Shown in pieces: positions 18,860 to 27,231 of a stretch of DNA of 35,353 bases (position 1 is its first letter; each line of letters begins with the position of its first letter). The stretch is from a virus (lineage: Duplodnaviria; Caudoviricetes). The notes beneath the pieces were generated by a model, which saw only the letters and a list, made by a program, of their open reading frames with translations, was not told the DNA's origin and ran no database searches. The translations under genes and the position numbers were made by a program. The stretch spans positions 1 through 35,353 of IMG/VR virus record IMGVR_UViG_3300025018_001843; one strand, written 5' to 3'.

Positions 18860-19450
18860 ATGGGTAATAAAGCAACTACTAAAAAAGCTCTCAACAAAGA
18901 AATCGAGGAAAAAAGAAAGGTTATTGTCCTTACAAAAAAGGAAACCCGAAAAGTATCCACATCTTTGCAAACTAGAATTACTACAGCAGTGGAAGGTCAC
19001 AACAAAAATAACAGAAAGGTTATTGTAGGATTTTTACCTGCGGACAAGCCTAAGTGTGGGTGTGCTAACCTTGTTTTAAATGAAAAGAAAAAAATGTCAC
19101 TAATGACCGATGTACAAAGGCGGGTATATGTAGCACAAAAAAAGACTATTGACTGCCCTAGACACAATAAAAAAGGGATGGATCAGTATAAAATAATTTG
19201 TAAAAATTGCGGTGAGTTAGTAGGCTATATACATGCTACTGATAAGAACCTTACTGACTGGTGTAACTTTCATTATGTAGTATCTACCGATGGAAGAGAG
19301 TGGTTTGGAGGTTTAACACCTAACATAAACCCTGAGGATGGGGAGCTTGGTATAGAGTGCTCTTGTGGTGTAGATACAAGAAATAGTAAGGCTGAAGGTA
19401 AGCATTTTAATAAAAAAGATAGTGTATTTAAGTTAGAAAGAGTAAAATAG
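18860..19450 (+). CDS. Basic, cysteine-rich hypothetical protein (possible multi-zinc binder)
   Basis: Lys-rich N-terminus; CGC, CPRH, CKNC, C..H, CSC. Confidence 0.7.
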   Translation: MGNKATTKKALNKEIEEKRKVIVLTKKETRKVSTSLQTRITTAVEGHNKNNRKVIVGFLPADKPKCGCANLVLNEKKKMSLMTDVQRRVYVAQKKTIDCPRHNKKGMDQYKIICKNCGELVGYIHATDKNLTDWCNFHYVVSTDGREWFGGLTPNINPEDGELGIECSCGVDTRNSKAEGKHFNKKDSVFKLERVK

Positions 19451-19454
19451 AAAT

Positions 19455-20099
19455 ATGTCAGCATCACTTGGAGCAACAACATACACAGCGGTCACCTGGA
19501 CATCGGGAGATGTAATTACTGAGGCAAAGCTGGACAATATGATCGCAAATGACCAAGCCTATGACTCTCACGCTAGTCAGGGTTTACTTTTGAATAACAA
19601 CAAGTCTCTCGCAGGTCAGAATGTAGCTGGGTCAGTAAATATGAACCTTGTTAAAGTTGACACCTCAGATGCAATGCAAATTGGTGAGGATAATGTAGGG
19701 GATCACACTGTAATAAATGCAGGAGTGAATAAATTAGTTAAAATTAAGGTTTTAAGACAAGACAAGACAACAAATGCTTATGAAAATAATACTGTTATTT
19801 TAACTGGGTGGGGGTATGTTGTTGGTGATGGTGTTAATGGTATAATAAATGACACAGTTACTTTTGGAATAACCTTCTCAGAGTTGCCTGTAGTTTTGGT
19901 GAGTGCTTTATCCTATACAGATAGTGCAGTATCAGACATAAACAGTTTTACAGGTAATGATGAAAGGTTGTTTTCTTATACATCCTCTATATCCACTACA
20001 GGGTTCACCGCTAAAAAGAGACATATTAATGAAACTGTAGCTTCTACCAATAACAGAAACTATGGTTATTCTTGGATAGCAATAGGGCAACTAACCTAA
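19455..20099 (+). CDS. Probable tail fibre/receptor-binding protein
   Basis: N-terminal W..GDVIT..KLDNM anchor; C-terminal GWG...VTFGITFSELPVV...TTGF...YSWIAIG fibre-tip (gp53/H-lectin-like) pattern. Confidence 0.75.
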   Translation: MSASLGATTYTAVTWTSGDVITEAKLDNMIANDQAYDSHASQGLLLNNNKSLAGQNVAGSVNMNLVKVDTSDAMQIGEDNVGDHTVINAGVNKLVKIKVLRQDKTTNAYENNTVILTGWGYVVGDGVNGIINDTVTFGITFSELPVVLVSALSYTDSAVSDINSFTGNDERLFSYTSSISTTGFTAKKRHINETVASTNNRNYGYSWIAIGQLT

Positions 20100-20320
20100 T
20101 GAAACTAGGAATTATTGAGGACGGAAAACTAAAAGGTAAAAAGATTATATTAGAGCCAAGAGAAGGGTTACCTGATAATCTTTATTTAGTCAGTAAGGGG
20201 GCATTTTTAAATGGAAGTCCACAATTTGCTATGTACTGTTTAGTTTGTGAGTGCGAAGTACCAACAGGAGGATGTCTTAGATGTAACAAAAGCCTTGCAA
20301 AACACAGTTTACTAGACTAA
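20099..20320 (+). CDS. Small zinc-ribbon protein
   Basis: CLVC...CLRC; ATG 20099 overlaps the upstream TAA (TAATG). Confidence 0.6.
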   Translation: MKLGIIEDGKLKGKKIILEPREGLPDNLYLVSKGAFLNGSPQFAMYCLVCECEVPTGGCLRCNKSLAKHSLLD

Positions 20321-20440
20321 ACCAATAATACTGCTTTTTAGTTTGTTGTAATAAACCATACTAACAAAGCCTTTTTCTGAACTACCTGCATCGCAATGCA
20401 TAAAATCACCTGCATTATAATGTAGACAAACTACCCCTGC

Positions 20441-20469
20441 TTGTGCATAACACAACAAACTCATATAAT
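20441..20469 (+). promoter_or_regulatory. Sigma70-like promoter TTGTGC-N17-TATAAT for the lysis-associated genes
   Basis: Consensus -10 with 17-nt spacing, upstream of ATG 20480. Confidence 0.6.
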
Positions 20470-20479
20470 TTAGATACTT

Positions 20480-20611
20480 ATGGATACATACAACACAGCA
20501 CTAAATAGTATGGGATTTTTCTTAACAGGTTTTATCTTTGGCTATTTCTTTGCAGTAAGTACTTCTATAATAAACTGTGTTGCTGATAAAATAAGACAAT
20601 GGTTACATTAA
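20480..20611 (+). CDS. Small single-TM protein (43 aa; not in ORF track)
   Basis: MDTYNTALNSMGFFLTGFIFGYFFAVSTSIINCVADKIRQWLH; follows a promoter and overlaps the next gene. Confidence 0.55.
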   Translation: MDTYNTALNSMGFFLTGFIFGYFFAVSTSIINCVADKIRQWLH

Positions 20612-20862
20612 CAATATTAACTAGTGCAATAATAGGTTTTTGTTTGGGACTTCCTGTCGGGTACACTCTTCACAAAGTAACAATTAAAACAGATTTAAAG
20701 TTAGAACCCTTTGTTGTAGTATTATCTGCTGTAACATTTGTTTTTACAGTTTCTATATTAGTTGACATTGCAAGTGTAGAATATGAGACATCACCTTTAC
20801 TTTACGGAATTATGGGAACAATAGTGGGCTTTTTCTTTTACAGACCTAAAAATGAGAAGTAA
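20599..20862 (+). CDS. Holin-like three-TM membrane protein
   Basis: Three hydrophobic segments, charged C-terminal tail, upstream of the lysin. Confidence 0.55.
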   Translation: MVTLTILTSAIIGFCLGLPVGYTLHKVTIKTDLKLEPFVVVLSAVTFVFTVSILVDIASVEYETSPLLYGIMGTIVGFFFYRPKNEK

Positions 20863-21382
20863 ACTTAATAAAATGAAATTACATATTTGTGACATATTAG
20901 ACTGCGATAGGTTAAAAAAAGATAAAATCGGCATTAGGATAATACACTCCCTGACGTTTGGTTTACTTTTTATCATTGCAAGTAATTCTATTACAGATTT
21001 CTACTATAAAAACTTTGATAATAGGGAGTATTTTTATATACATGAAGAAGTCATCCCCCTGCAAGAGCAGGTTGTTAAACCATGCGAGTATGTACACTAT
21101 TCTTTTACAAGAACATCTCTTATAGACACTGACCTAACTGTTTCTGCTAAAATATATTTAATTAAGGTAGGTGATGAGGCTGTTGTTATTGAACCTTCCA
21201 CTCAAAGGGTTGATACTTTTGCTAAGAAGGGGACTGAACATGTGAGTTACAGGTGGCAAGTACCGTGTAACTTGAGCAGGGAGGGGTCTTATTACCTAAG
21301 GTGGGATCATAGATATCTGTATAAAAACAACATTAAGCACTATATTATAGACTCCACAGTATTTGCTCTGGACATTAAGTAG
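20852..21382 (+). CDS. Membrane-anchored hypothetical protein with a beta-rich extracytoplasmic domain
   Basis: One N-terminal TM; VKPCE...VPC..EGSYYL pattern. Confidence 0.6.
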   Translation: MRSKLNKMKLHICDILDCDRLKKDKIGIRIIHSLTFGLLFIIASNSITDFYYKNFDNREYFYIHEEVIPLQEQVVKPCEYVHYSFTRTSLIDTDLTVSAKIYLIKVGDEAVVIEPSTQRVDTFAKKGTEHVSYRWQVPCNLSREGSYYLRWDHRYLYKNNIKHYIIDSTVFALDIK

Positions 21383-21391
21383 TGATATTAT
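21363..21391 (+). promoter_or_regulatory. Putative promoter TTGCTC-N17-TATTAT with TAGTG extended motif
   Basis: ATG 21398 is 7 nt after the -10. Confidence 0.6.
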
Positions 21392-21397
21392 CTATTT

Positions 21398-22444
21398 ATG
21401 AGACTTAGAATTCCAACAATATACAGTCAGTGGGATGCAAGGTGGAATACTGAGATGCTTGGTTTTAATACACAATACCCTTATAACATTCACAACTATG
21501 GTTGTTTAATAACCTGCATTGCGATGGTTTCTAAATACTACGGCAAAGAGGATACTCCTTCTACTATTAACCAAAAGCTAAAAAGCAAAAATAAGTTTGT
21601 TGGTGGTGGTTTGTATGTTTGGGGTGGTATAAATGCAGTTTATTCAGGCATCACTGAAAAGCTAACCCGAACTCCGAGTCCTTTGTCAGAAACGCAAATG
21701 AATGAAATAAAAGGTGCTTTAGATAAAGGTTACCCTGTAATGATTCAACTTGACTATAACCCTAATACAGTTGATTTAGATATGCATTATGTATTAGCTA
21801 TAGGATATAATCCTGATGATGAGGCAGATATAACTATTGCAGATCCTTTGGGCGGTGGAGTTGTCAGCTTAAAGAAGTATATAAAGGGTTTTAGTAATAC
21901 AGTACGCAAGGTCATCTACCAGTATATTATTTATGAGGGAAAAGTACCTGCACAAAGTGGTGTACTAGATCCTCCAACTATAACTTGGGATGAGTTAAAG
22001 GTTATCCAAGTACCAAAAGAGAACTTTGAGGGTAATAAAAGAACAGTAGAGTTTTACTTTAATGAGTGGGAAGTGGAAAAGAAGGAAAAGCTACAACTAC
22101 AAAAACAGCTTATTGATGAGGAAAAAGAATGTGAACAGAAGGTTTTTGATGCGAGGGTTGATGAGCAAATAAAGTGTAATCAGCAAATAGGCTTAGTAAT
22201 GGAGGAGCATAAAAAAGAAGTAGAAAAAATGACCTCTAATTTCGATTCTAAGGAGCTAGAATATCAAAATAGTATCAATACGCTTACAGATGAAAAAAAT
22301 ACAACGGCGAGTAAATTGGACGGGGTACAGGGTAAATTAGACACCACACTGGATGAGTTAAAAACATGTAAGTCTAAAAAATGCGAAGATATGGATGTAG
22401 AAACCTTGATTAGGCTTTTAATTAGTAAGTTGTTTAATAAATAA
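21398..22444 (+). CDS. Peptidase C39-like putative endolysin with C-terminal coiled coil
   Basis: YSQWD.RW, YGCLITC (Cys), MHYVL (His), IADP (Asp); flanked by holin-like genes; E/K/Q-rich heptad tail. Confidence 0.75.
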   Translation: MRLRIPTIYSQWDARWNTEMLGFNTQYPYNIHNYGCLITCIAMVSKYYGKEDTPSTINQKLKSKNKFVGGGLYVWGGINAVYSGITEKLTRTPSPLSETQMNEIKGALDKGYPVMIQLDYNPNTVDLDMHYVLAIGYNPDDEADITIADPLGGGVVSLKKYIKGFSNTVRKVIYQYIIYEGKVPAQSGVLDPPTITWDELKVIQVPKENFEGNKRTVEFYFNEWEVEKKEKLQLQKQLIDEEKECEQKVFDARVDEQIKCNQQIGLVMEEHKKEVEKMTSNFDSKELEYQNSINTLTDEKNTTASKLDGVQGKLDTTLDELKTCKSKKCEDMDVETLIRLLISKLFNK

Positions 22445-22446
22445 TT

Positions 22447-22734
22447 ATGAACTATCAACTAAAAAATACTGCAGAAACAGGGCTTATAGTAACATCTTTG
22501 CTTATAGTTAACCAAATATTAAAGTCTGAGTTTGGCTTAGAATCTAAATGGACTGTGCTTATTAACCTTGTTGCTGGTATTGGGGCAAACCTTTATTTAA
22601 ATATAGGTACTGCAGATCCTTTAGTTTTAATATTACAGGGATTACTAATGGGAGCCTCCGCAGGCGGTGTCTACTCCGTTAAATACCTATTTGCAAAAGA
22701 AGATCCTAGTAAACCAAAAGAGGTCGCTATATAG
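22447..22734 (+). CDS. Putative holin
   Basis: 95 aa, three hydrophobic segments, GLLMGASAGGVYS, charged C-terminus, directly after the lysin. Confidence 0.7.
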   Translation: MNYQLKNTAETGLIVTSLLIVNQILKSEFGLESKWTVLINLVAGIGANLYLNIGTADPLVLILQGLLMGASAGGVYSVKYLFAKEDPSKPKEVAI

Positions 22735-22737
22735 ACT

Positions 22738-23382
22738 ATGCTTTACTCAAGGCAATGGACAAGGTGCTTTGAGGCGGACTTTGTAGAAGGCGAGAGTCAG
22801 GAGGTTAAGCTTGGGCTTACTAAAAACCAAAGGGAGTGGGTCAAAAGAGCGGGTGCTTTATACTGGCATACCCGAATACTTGGAAAGGATCCTGAAAAAT
22901 ATCATCAGCACAACAATAAAGCAAAGTGTTTATTTCCTGTTTATAAAGTAGACCAGTGGGGTGATGAGTTAGCCTGCCCTTGTGGTGGGTCAGATATTCA
23001 CATACACCACATTATTCCTAAAAGATATGCTTTTGAAACCGAAGGTTTACTTGTAGATAATGATCCCAGACTGTTAATCCCGTTGTGTACGGGTCACCAT
23101 ATAGGCGATGGTTACAAAGGCTCCCTAGACTGGCATAATGACATTGTACCTGTAGTACATCCTGATATAGCTTGGGCAAAGCGTAACTACAGGGGTAAGG
23201 AAAAGCCAACTTCCTTTGATAAAGTTTTTGAGGGAAGAGGTCAAAGAGTAGAGCAAAACCTTACTTACTGGAATACAGACTTCGACCAGCACTTACTAGC
23301 TATAGCCGATGAAATGTACTGGCTTTACTTAAATACAACGGGCGATAGCTACCCTATTAATCACAAGAATCTGAACAGTTGA
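22738..23382 (+). CDS. HNH endonuclease-like protein
   Basis: C....IHIHHIIP....DNDP..LIPLC.GHH. Confidence 0.7.
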   Translation: MLYSRQWTRCFEADFVEGESQEVKLGLTKNQREWVKRAGALYWHTRILGKDPEKYHQHNNKAKCLFPVYKVDQWGDELACPCGGSDIHIHHIIPKRYAFETEGLLVDNDPRLLIPLCTGHHIGDGYKGSLDWHNDIVPVVHPDIAWAKRNYRGKEKPTSFDKVFEGRGQRVEQNLTYWNTDFDQHLLAIADEMYWLYLNTTGDSYPINHKNLNS

Positions 23383-23410
23383 CTTAATATTAAAAATAGG
23401 TAAAAATAGG
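23377..23410 (+). promoter_or_regulatory. Early-class repeated promoter, copy 1
   Basis: aGTTGACTTAATATTAAAAATAGGTAAAAATAGG; 32/34 identical to 25847-25880. Confidence 0.8.
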
Positions 23411-23416
23411 GAGTGT

Positions 23417-23623
23417 ATGAAACACTATGCTTTGCTCAAATCTAAAATACGCCGATACATTACGCTTCAGCTTTTAAACTATTACATACAAGTAATCACC
23501 TCTGAAATTAATAGCCTCACAGTAAAAAACTTTTATTTAAGACCTAAACTTTTTGATCAGTTAGAAAAGGCAGTATTTGTAAGAGATTTAATAAAAGGGG
23601 GTGATAAAAATGTCAGTAATTAA
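23417..23623 (+). CDS. Hypothetical protein
   Basis: ORF directly after the promoter. Confidence 0.6.
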   Translation: MKHYALLKSKIRRYITLQLLNYYIQVITSEINSLTVKNFYLRPKLFDQLEKAVFVRDLIKGGDKNVSN

Positions 23624-23798
23624 ACAGGATGAAACCAAAAACTACCTCATAGCCATACTGGAATTAGATGGTCAGTACAGCCTGAGAATAGTTAAGAAGG
23701 AAAACAATGAGATGATTACAGTCAAAACATCCAAAACAGCAAGTGAGCTTGATGAGTTATTTTATAAAGAGTTAAAAAAATACCAAAATGCAAAATAA
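23610..23798 (+). CDS. Hypothetical protein
   Basis: GGGGGTGA SD-like sequence before ATG 23610. Confidence 0.65.
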   Translation: MSVIKQDETKNYLIAILELDGQYSLRIVKKENNEMITVKTSKTASELDELFYKELKKYQNAK

Positions 23799-24108
23799 AG
23801 ATATACAAAGTTTTATCGAAAAAAAGAAAAAAGAACCGATCACTTGGAGTCAGAAAAATAGAATCCGAGAGATTTTAGGTTGCGGATGCTTTAAAGTGGA
23901 TACTTTTAACCAGTATGAAGCTTATAAGTTTATTAAGCACTATGTAGATGTAGTATTGAGGACTCCAAATAATACAAGGCACAGTTGGACTTTTGCAATG
24001 TACACAGTACTGTGTCTAGAAGGTAAGGATAAGATGATCGAATTATTAAGTTTAAAACCTGAGGAGGTGATAGAACATGGAAACAAAATCAGACCAGATA
24101 TCTACTAA
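23788..24108 (+). CDS. Hypothetical protein
   Basis: Coupled ORF; EPITWSQKNRI motif. Confidence 0.6.
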   Translation: MQNKDIQSFIEKKKKEPITWSQKNRIREILGCGCFKVDTFNQYEAYKFIKHYVDVVLRTPNNTRHSWTFAMYTVLCLEGKDKMIELLSLKPEEVIEHGNKIRPDIY

Positions 24109-24907
24109 AAATCAAGAGGATACATTTTCTGCAAAAGATATGGCAAGCCTATATAAAAAGATCTCAAAGGTCATGCAGGATACAGAGGCAGTAGCACAAA
24201 AGACGGGAAAAAATAATGAACAGAACTATACTTATGCACAGGATGAAGACATTGTTAAGCACATGAGAGAGGCTATTGCAAAGGCTGGGCTAGTAGTATT
24301 ACCTGAGTTAGAAAAAATGGATGTAAGAGATGTAGAAACTTCTCGAGGAGTTAGAAAAGTAACAAGAATTAAGGTTAAATTTAGATTATGCGATAGCGAC
24401 ACAGGGGTTTATATAGATAGATCATTTATTGGGGAGGGTTATGACGCACTCGATAAAGGTGTGTACAAAGCGTACACAGGTGCTAAAAAGTACTTCTTAA
24501 TAAACACATTCTTACTAGCCTCTTCAGATGATCCCGAAAATGACGGAGGTAATACCAGTACAAAGTATGACAGAAAAAAGCAGACAGCTACTTCAAGTGC
24601 TAGACCTTCACAAAGTACCACACAGCAAAGTAAACCAGCAGTTGGTGCAGGGGGCATGACTGAATCTCAACAAAAAATGATATTTGGTTTAGGGGTACAG
24701 AAGGGTTATGAGGCGGAGGAGCTTAAGGAGATGGTAAAGGGCTGGTATAAGCTCGAAAGCTTTACACAGCTTAACAAAGCGAACAACGGCAAAAAAGTTG
24801 CATCGGATATTATAGAGCGAGTTATGAAGATGCCCTCAAAACCTGAGCCTGAGGTACAGGCTGGGAATGAAGATGTATCACCTGATGAGATACCTGAAAA
24901 TATATAA
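24077..24907 (+). CDS. erf: ERF-family single-strand annealing recombinase
   Basis: K.G.N..QNYTYA, GEGYD..DKG..KAYTGAKKYFL...F....DDPE; SD GGAGGTGA upstream. Confidence 0.85.
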   Translation: METKSDQISTKNQEDTFSAKDMASLYKKISKVMQDTEAVAQKTGKNNEQNYTYAQDEDIVKHMREAIAKAGLVVLPELEKMDVRDVETSRGVRKVTRIKVKFRLCDSDTGVYIDRSFIGEGYDALDKGVYKAYTGAKKYFLINTFLLASSDDPENDGGNTSTKYDRKKQTATSSARPSQSTTQQSKPAVGAGGMTESQQKMIFGLGVQKGYEAEELKEMVKGWYKLESFTQLNKANNGKKVASDIIERVMKMPSKPEPEVQAGNEDVSPDEIPENI

Positions 24908-25086
24908 ATTTAGGTTGTGGGGTGGGTTATAGGCAGAGCACTAAAGGGTTAGCATCTAGTACATTAACCAACAAATACCCATCCCACGCTAACCCAATCT
25001 ATAGGGTGTCATTACTTGCTACTTTTACCTAGTAATATCTGGTAATATACCTTATAGCTAGATTATTAATTTAGTTATTAAAAGCT

Positions 25087-25848
25087 ATGAAAACACGCAT
25101 TATTCAGACACGCTTTTGGGATGATGATGCGGTGGAGAGTGTATCCAAAGATGCTCAGCATTTGTGGATTTATCTATTAACCTGTCAGTATATAAATATG
25201 TCGGGGATCTTTAAGCTTAAAGATATTTTTATACAGGATCAGACTAAACTCACTGCCTCAGAACTCGAGAAAGCGAAAGTTGAACTTCAAAAAACTGGCA
25301 AGATATATTTTTACAATGGGTGGGTCTATGTGGTGAATGCTGAGGAGCAAAATAAGTATCGAAACTCACCTCAAAATGAGGTCGCATATAGTAAAGAATT
25401 AGCTCAAATTCCTGATAAGATAAAATCTTACTTTAAAGGCGTAACAAAGGCAAATGATACTACTATCGATACTAGTCTTGAGACTAGTCATAAATCAGAA
25501 ATCATAAATCATAAATCAAAAATATATAGAAAAAATCGAAAAAATTACAAGAAATTAATGGGGCTTTTTAATGAAAATTACTCGACAAATTATCAGGCTA
25601 CAAATAACAGGTTTATTAAATACAAGGCAAGGTTGAAAACATACACACATGAAAAGCTGGTCGAGGCTTTGGAAATAATGTCGCAAACGCCATTTTATAA
25701 CGGGGCAAATGACAGGGGCTGGGTAGCTAACCCTGATTATTTTCTACGCTCGGATGAGATTATAGATAGGCTACTAAACAAAAGTAATGGCAATAAGAAG
25801 CCTTCAAACCACGCTAATGAGAGCACAGATAGGTTTAAAAAGTTTTAG
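25087..25848 (+). CDS. Phage replication initiator (lambda O-like role)
   Basis: N-terminal R.IQT.FW.D...LWIYLLT wHTH-type region, C-terminal FYNG.NDRGW.A..DYFLR, internal iterons, upstream of a DnaC-like loader. Confidence 0.8.
   Translation: MKTRIIQTRFWDDDAVESVSKDAQHLWIYLLTCQYINMSGIFKLKDIFIQDQTKLTASELEKAKVELQKTGKIYFYNGWVYVVNAEEQNKYRNSPQNEVAYSKELAQIPDKIKSYFKGVTKANDTTIDTSLETSHKSEIINHKSKIYRKNRKNYKKLMGLFNENYSTNYQATNNRFIKYKARLKTYTHEKLVEALEIMSQTPFYNGANDRGWVANPDYFLRSDEIIDRLLNKSNGNKKPSNHANESTDRFKKF
25456..25546. repeat. Probable replication origin: iterons plus A-rich tract inside the initiator gene
   Basis: Three 12-mers GATACTACTATC/GATACTAGTCTT/GAGACTAGTCAT (25456-25491), including the palindrome ACTAGTCT-tg-AGACTAGT, then four AAATCAN 7-mers (25492-25519) and A-tracts. 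Confidence 0.7.
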
Positions 25849-25880
25849 TTGACTTAATATTAAAAACAAGTAAAAATAGG
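25847..25880 (+). promoter_or_regulatory. Early-class repeated promoter, copy 2
   Basis: aGTTGACTTAATATTAAAAACAAGTAAAAATAGG. Confidence 0.8.
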
Positions 25881-25887
25881 TAATAGT

Positions 25888-26481
25888 ATGGAAACAAACA
25901 AAGAACACTTAAACATTCTTTTAAAAGCAATGCCTCCTCGCTTTAAAGACTTAAAGCCTAATACTAACCTTTACATAGAGGCTAAGGGCGGTAAAAGCTT
26001 TTTAATTACAGGCACCGTGGGTACAGGCAAAACAAGGCTTTTGCTAGAGATACTTTTAGCAGATATGCTTTCAAACTTCGAGGTTATAAGAACTGTAAAT
26101 TTTGATGAAGCCTACTTTGATAAAAATCCACAGAGTTATATCCCTAAGGTTAACAAGAAGTTTTTAACAGTACCTGATGTGCTTAGGAGGATAAAAGAAG
26201 AGTTTGACAAACCAGCACATCCCAGCTTTATAGATAACATGATGAATAGCGATATTTTATACTTGGATGATTTGGGTACAGAAAAGGCATCGGATTGGGT
26301 TAAGGAGCAGTTGTACTTGGTGATAAACCACAGATACAACTACATGAAATCTACAGTTATAACTACAAACCTGTCAGTATCAGAAATAGCTGAAAGTTAT
26401 GGTGAGAGGTTTGCGAGTAGGCTTGTAGAAATGTGCGAAATTATAAAGTTGGTTGGGGAGGATAGAAGGACTCAGAAATGA
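25888..26481 (+). CDS. DnaC/IstB-like AAA+ helicase loader
   Basis: Walker A GTVGTGKT, Walker B LYLDDLG, INHRY, ITTN, R.ASRL, GEDRR. Confidence 0.9.
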   Translation: METNKEHLNILLKAMPPRFKDLKPNTNLYIEAKGGKSFLITGTVGTGKTRLLLEILLADMLSNFEVIRTVNFDEAYFDKNPQSYIPKVNKKFLTVPDVLRRIKEEFDKPAHPSFIDNMMNSDILYLDDLGTEKASDWVKEQLYLVINHRYNYMKSTVITTNLSVSEIAESYGERFASRLVEMCEIIKLVGEDRRTQK

Positions 26482-26699
26482 AAAACATAACAAAACTTAC
26501 TGACAAGGATATTGGTAGGTGGGTTATTTACAAGCCAAGTTTAAAGAACCAAACTGGCAAGATTAAGAGTTTTAATAATGAGACTAAGGTGGCTTTTGTG
26601 GTTTATAAAGCTAATAACAACTGGGACTTGGATCACTGGAAGGATTACACTGCACAAGCTACCAAGTACCAAGATTTATATTTTGAGGATAAAAAATGA
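26478..26699 (+). CDS. Hypothetical protein (SH3/KOW-like small beta domain)
   Basis: IGRWVIY...GKIKS...AFVVY; ATGA-coupled. Confidence 0.6.
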   Translation: MKNITKLTDKDIGRWVIYKPSLKNQTGKIKSFNNETKVAFVVYKANNNWDLDHWKDYTAQATKYQDLYFEDKK

Positions 26700-26992
26700 A
26701 GCAGGACTTAAATCTTTACTACCAGCCTCCTAAAGATAAAGTTTTTAATGAGATGAAAAAAGAGTCTATCAAAATATGGAAAAGCTATGATGATACTTAT
26801 GGGTACGCATCTGAAAAAATAAACAAAGTAAAAGACCTAAGAAATGTTAGTGATAACTTTATGTATATGTTTGCTATGTTTGATGTATTTAACCAAAGAA
26901 AGCTTTTATCAAGTTTAAGCGATGCCTCTAGAATAGCAATTAGGCTTAGATTACCTGTTGAGTATAACTTGCTTTACTTGGCTAATTTATAA
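26696..26992 (+). CDS. Hypothetical protein
   Basis: ATGA-coupled ORF. Confidence 0.65.
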   Translation: MKQDLNLYYQPPKDKVFNEMKKESIKIWKSYDDTYGYASEKINKVKDLRNVSDNFMYMFAMFDVFNQRKLLSSLSDASRIAIRLRLPVEYNLLYLANL

Positions 26993-26994
26993 CT

Positions 26995-27231
26995 ATGGAT
27001 ATGCCTTATAACCCTTTAAACAAAAAAGAACCTTTAGAGGATAGGGAGTTTAAAATAACACCTGAGAATTTGTTAAAAGCTAAAAAGTATGAGATGAAGC
27101 TTACTTTAGAGTTGCAGGAGATGACAGATACTATGTTTAAAAGCAAATATGGTCGGAGTGTCTATAGTAGGCGTAACAAACTGCGAGACGCTATTACTAA
27201 TTTTGAAATGCAAAATGAAATCGATGAATAA
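26995..27231 (+). CDS. Hypothetical protein
   Basis: Closely spaced ORF. Confidence 0.6.
   Translation: MDMPYNPLNKKEPLEDREFKITPENLLKAKKYEMKLTLELQEMTDTMFKSKYGRSVYSRRNKLRDAITNFEMQNEIDE

Noticed and set aside
19455-20470. Diversity-generating retroelement targeting the fibre tip
   Set aside because: No reverse transcriptase, and no second adenine-variant copy of the fibre 3' end was seen.
20321-20470. attP site or mini CRISPR array
   Set aside because: No integrase is present; the repeats are only 5-6 nt with irregular spacing.
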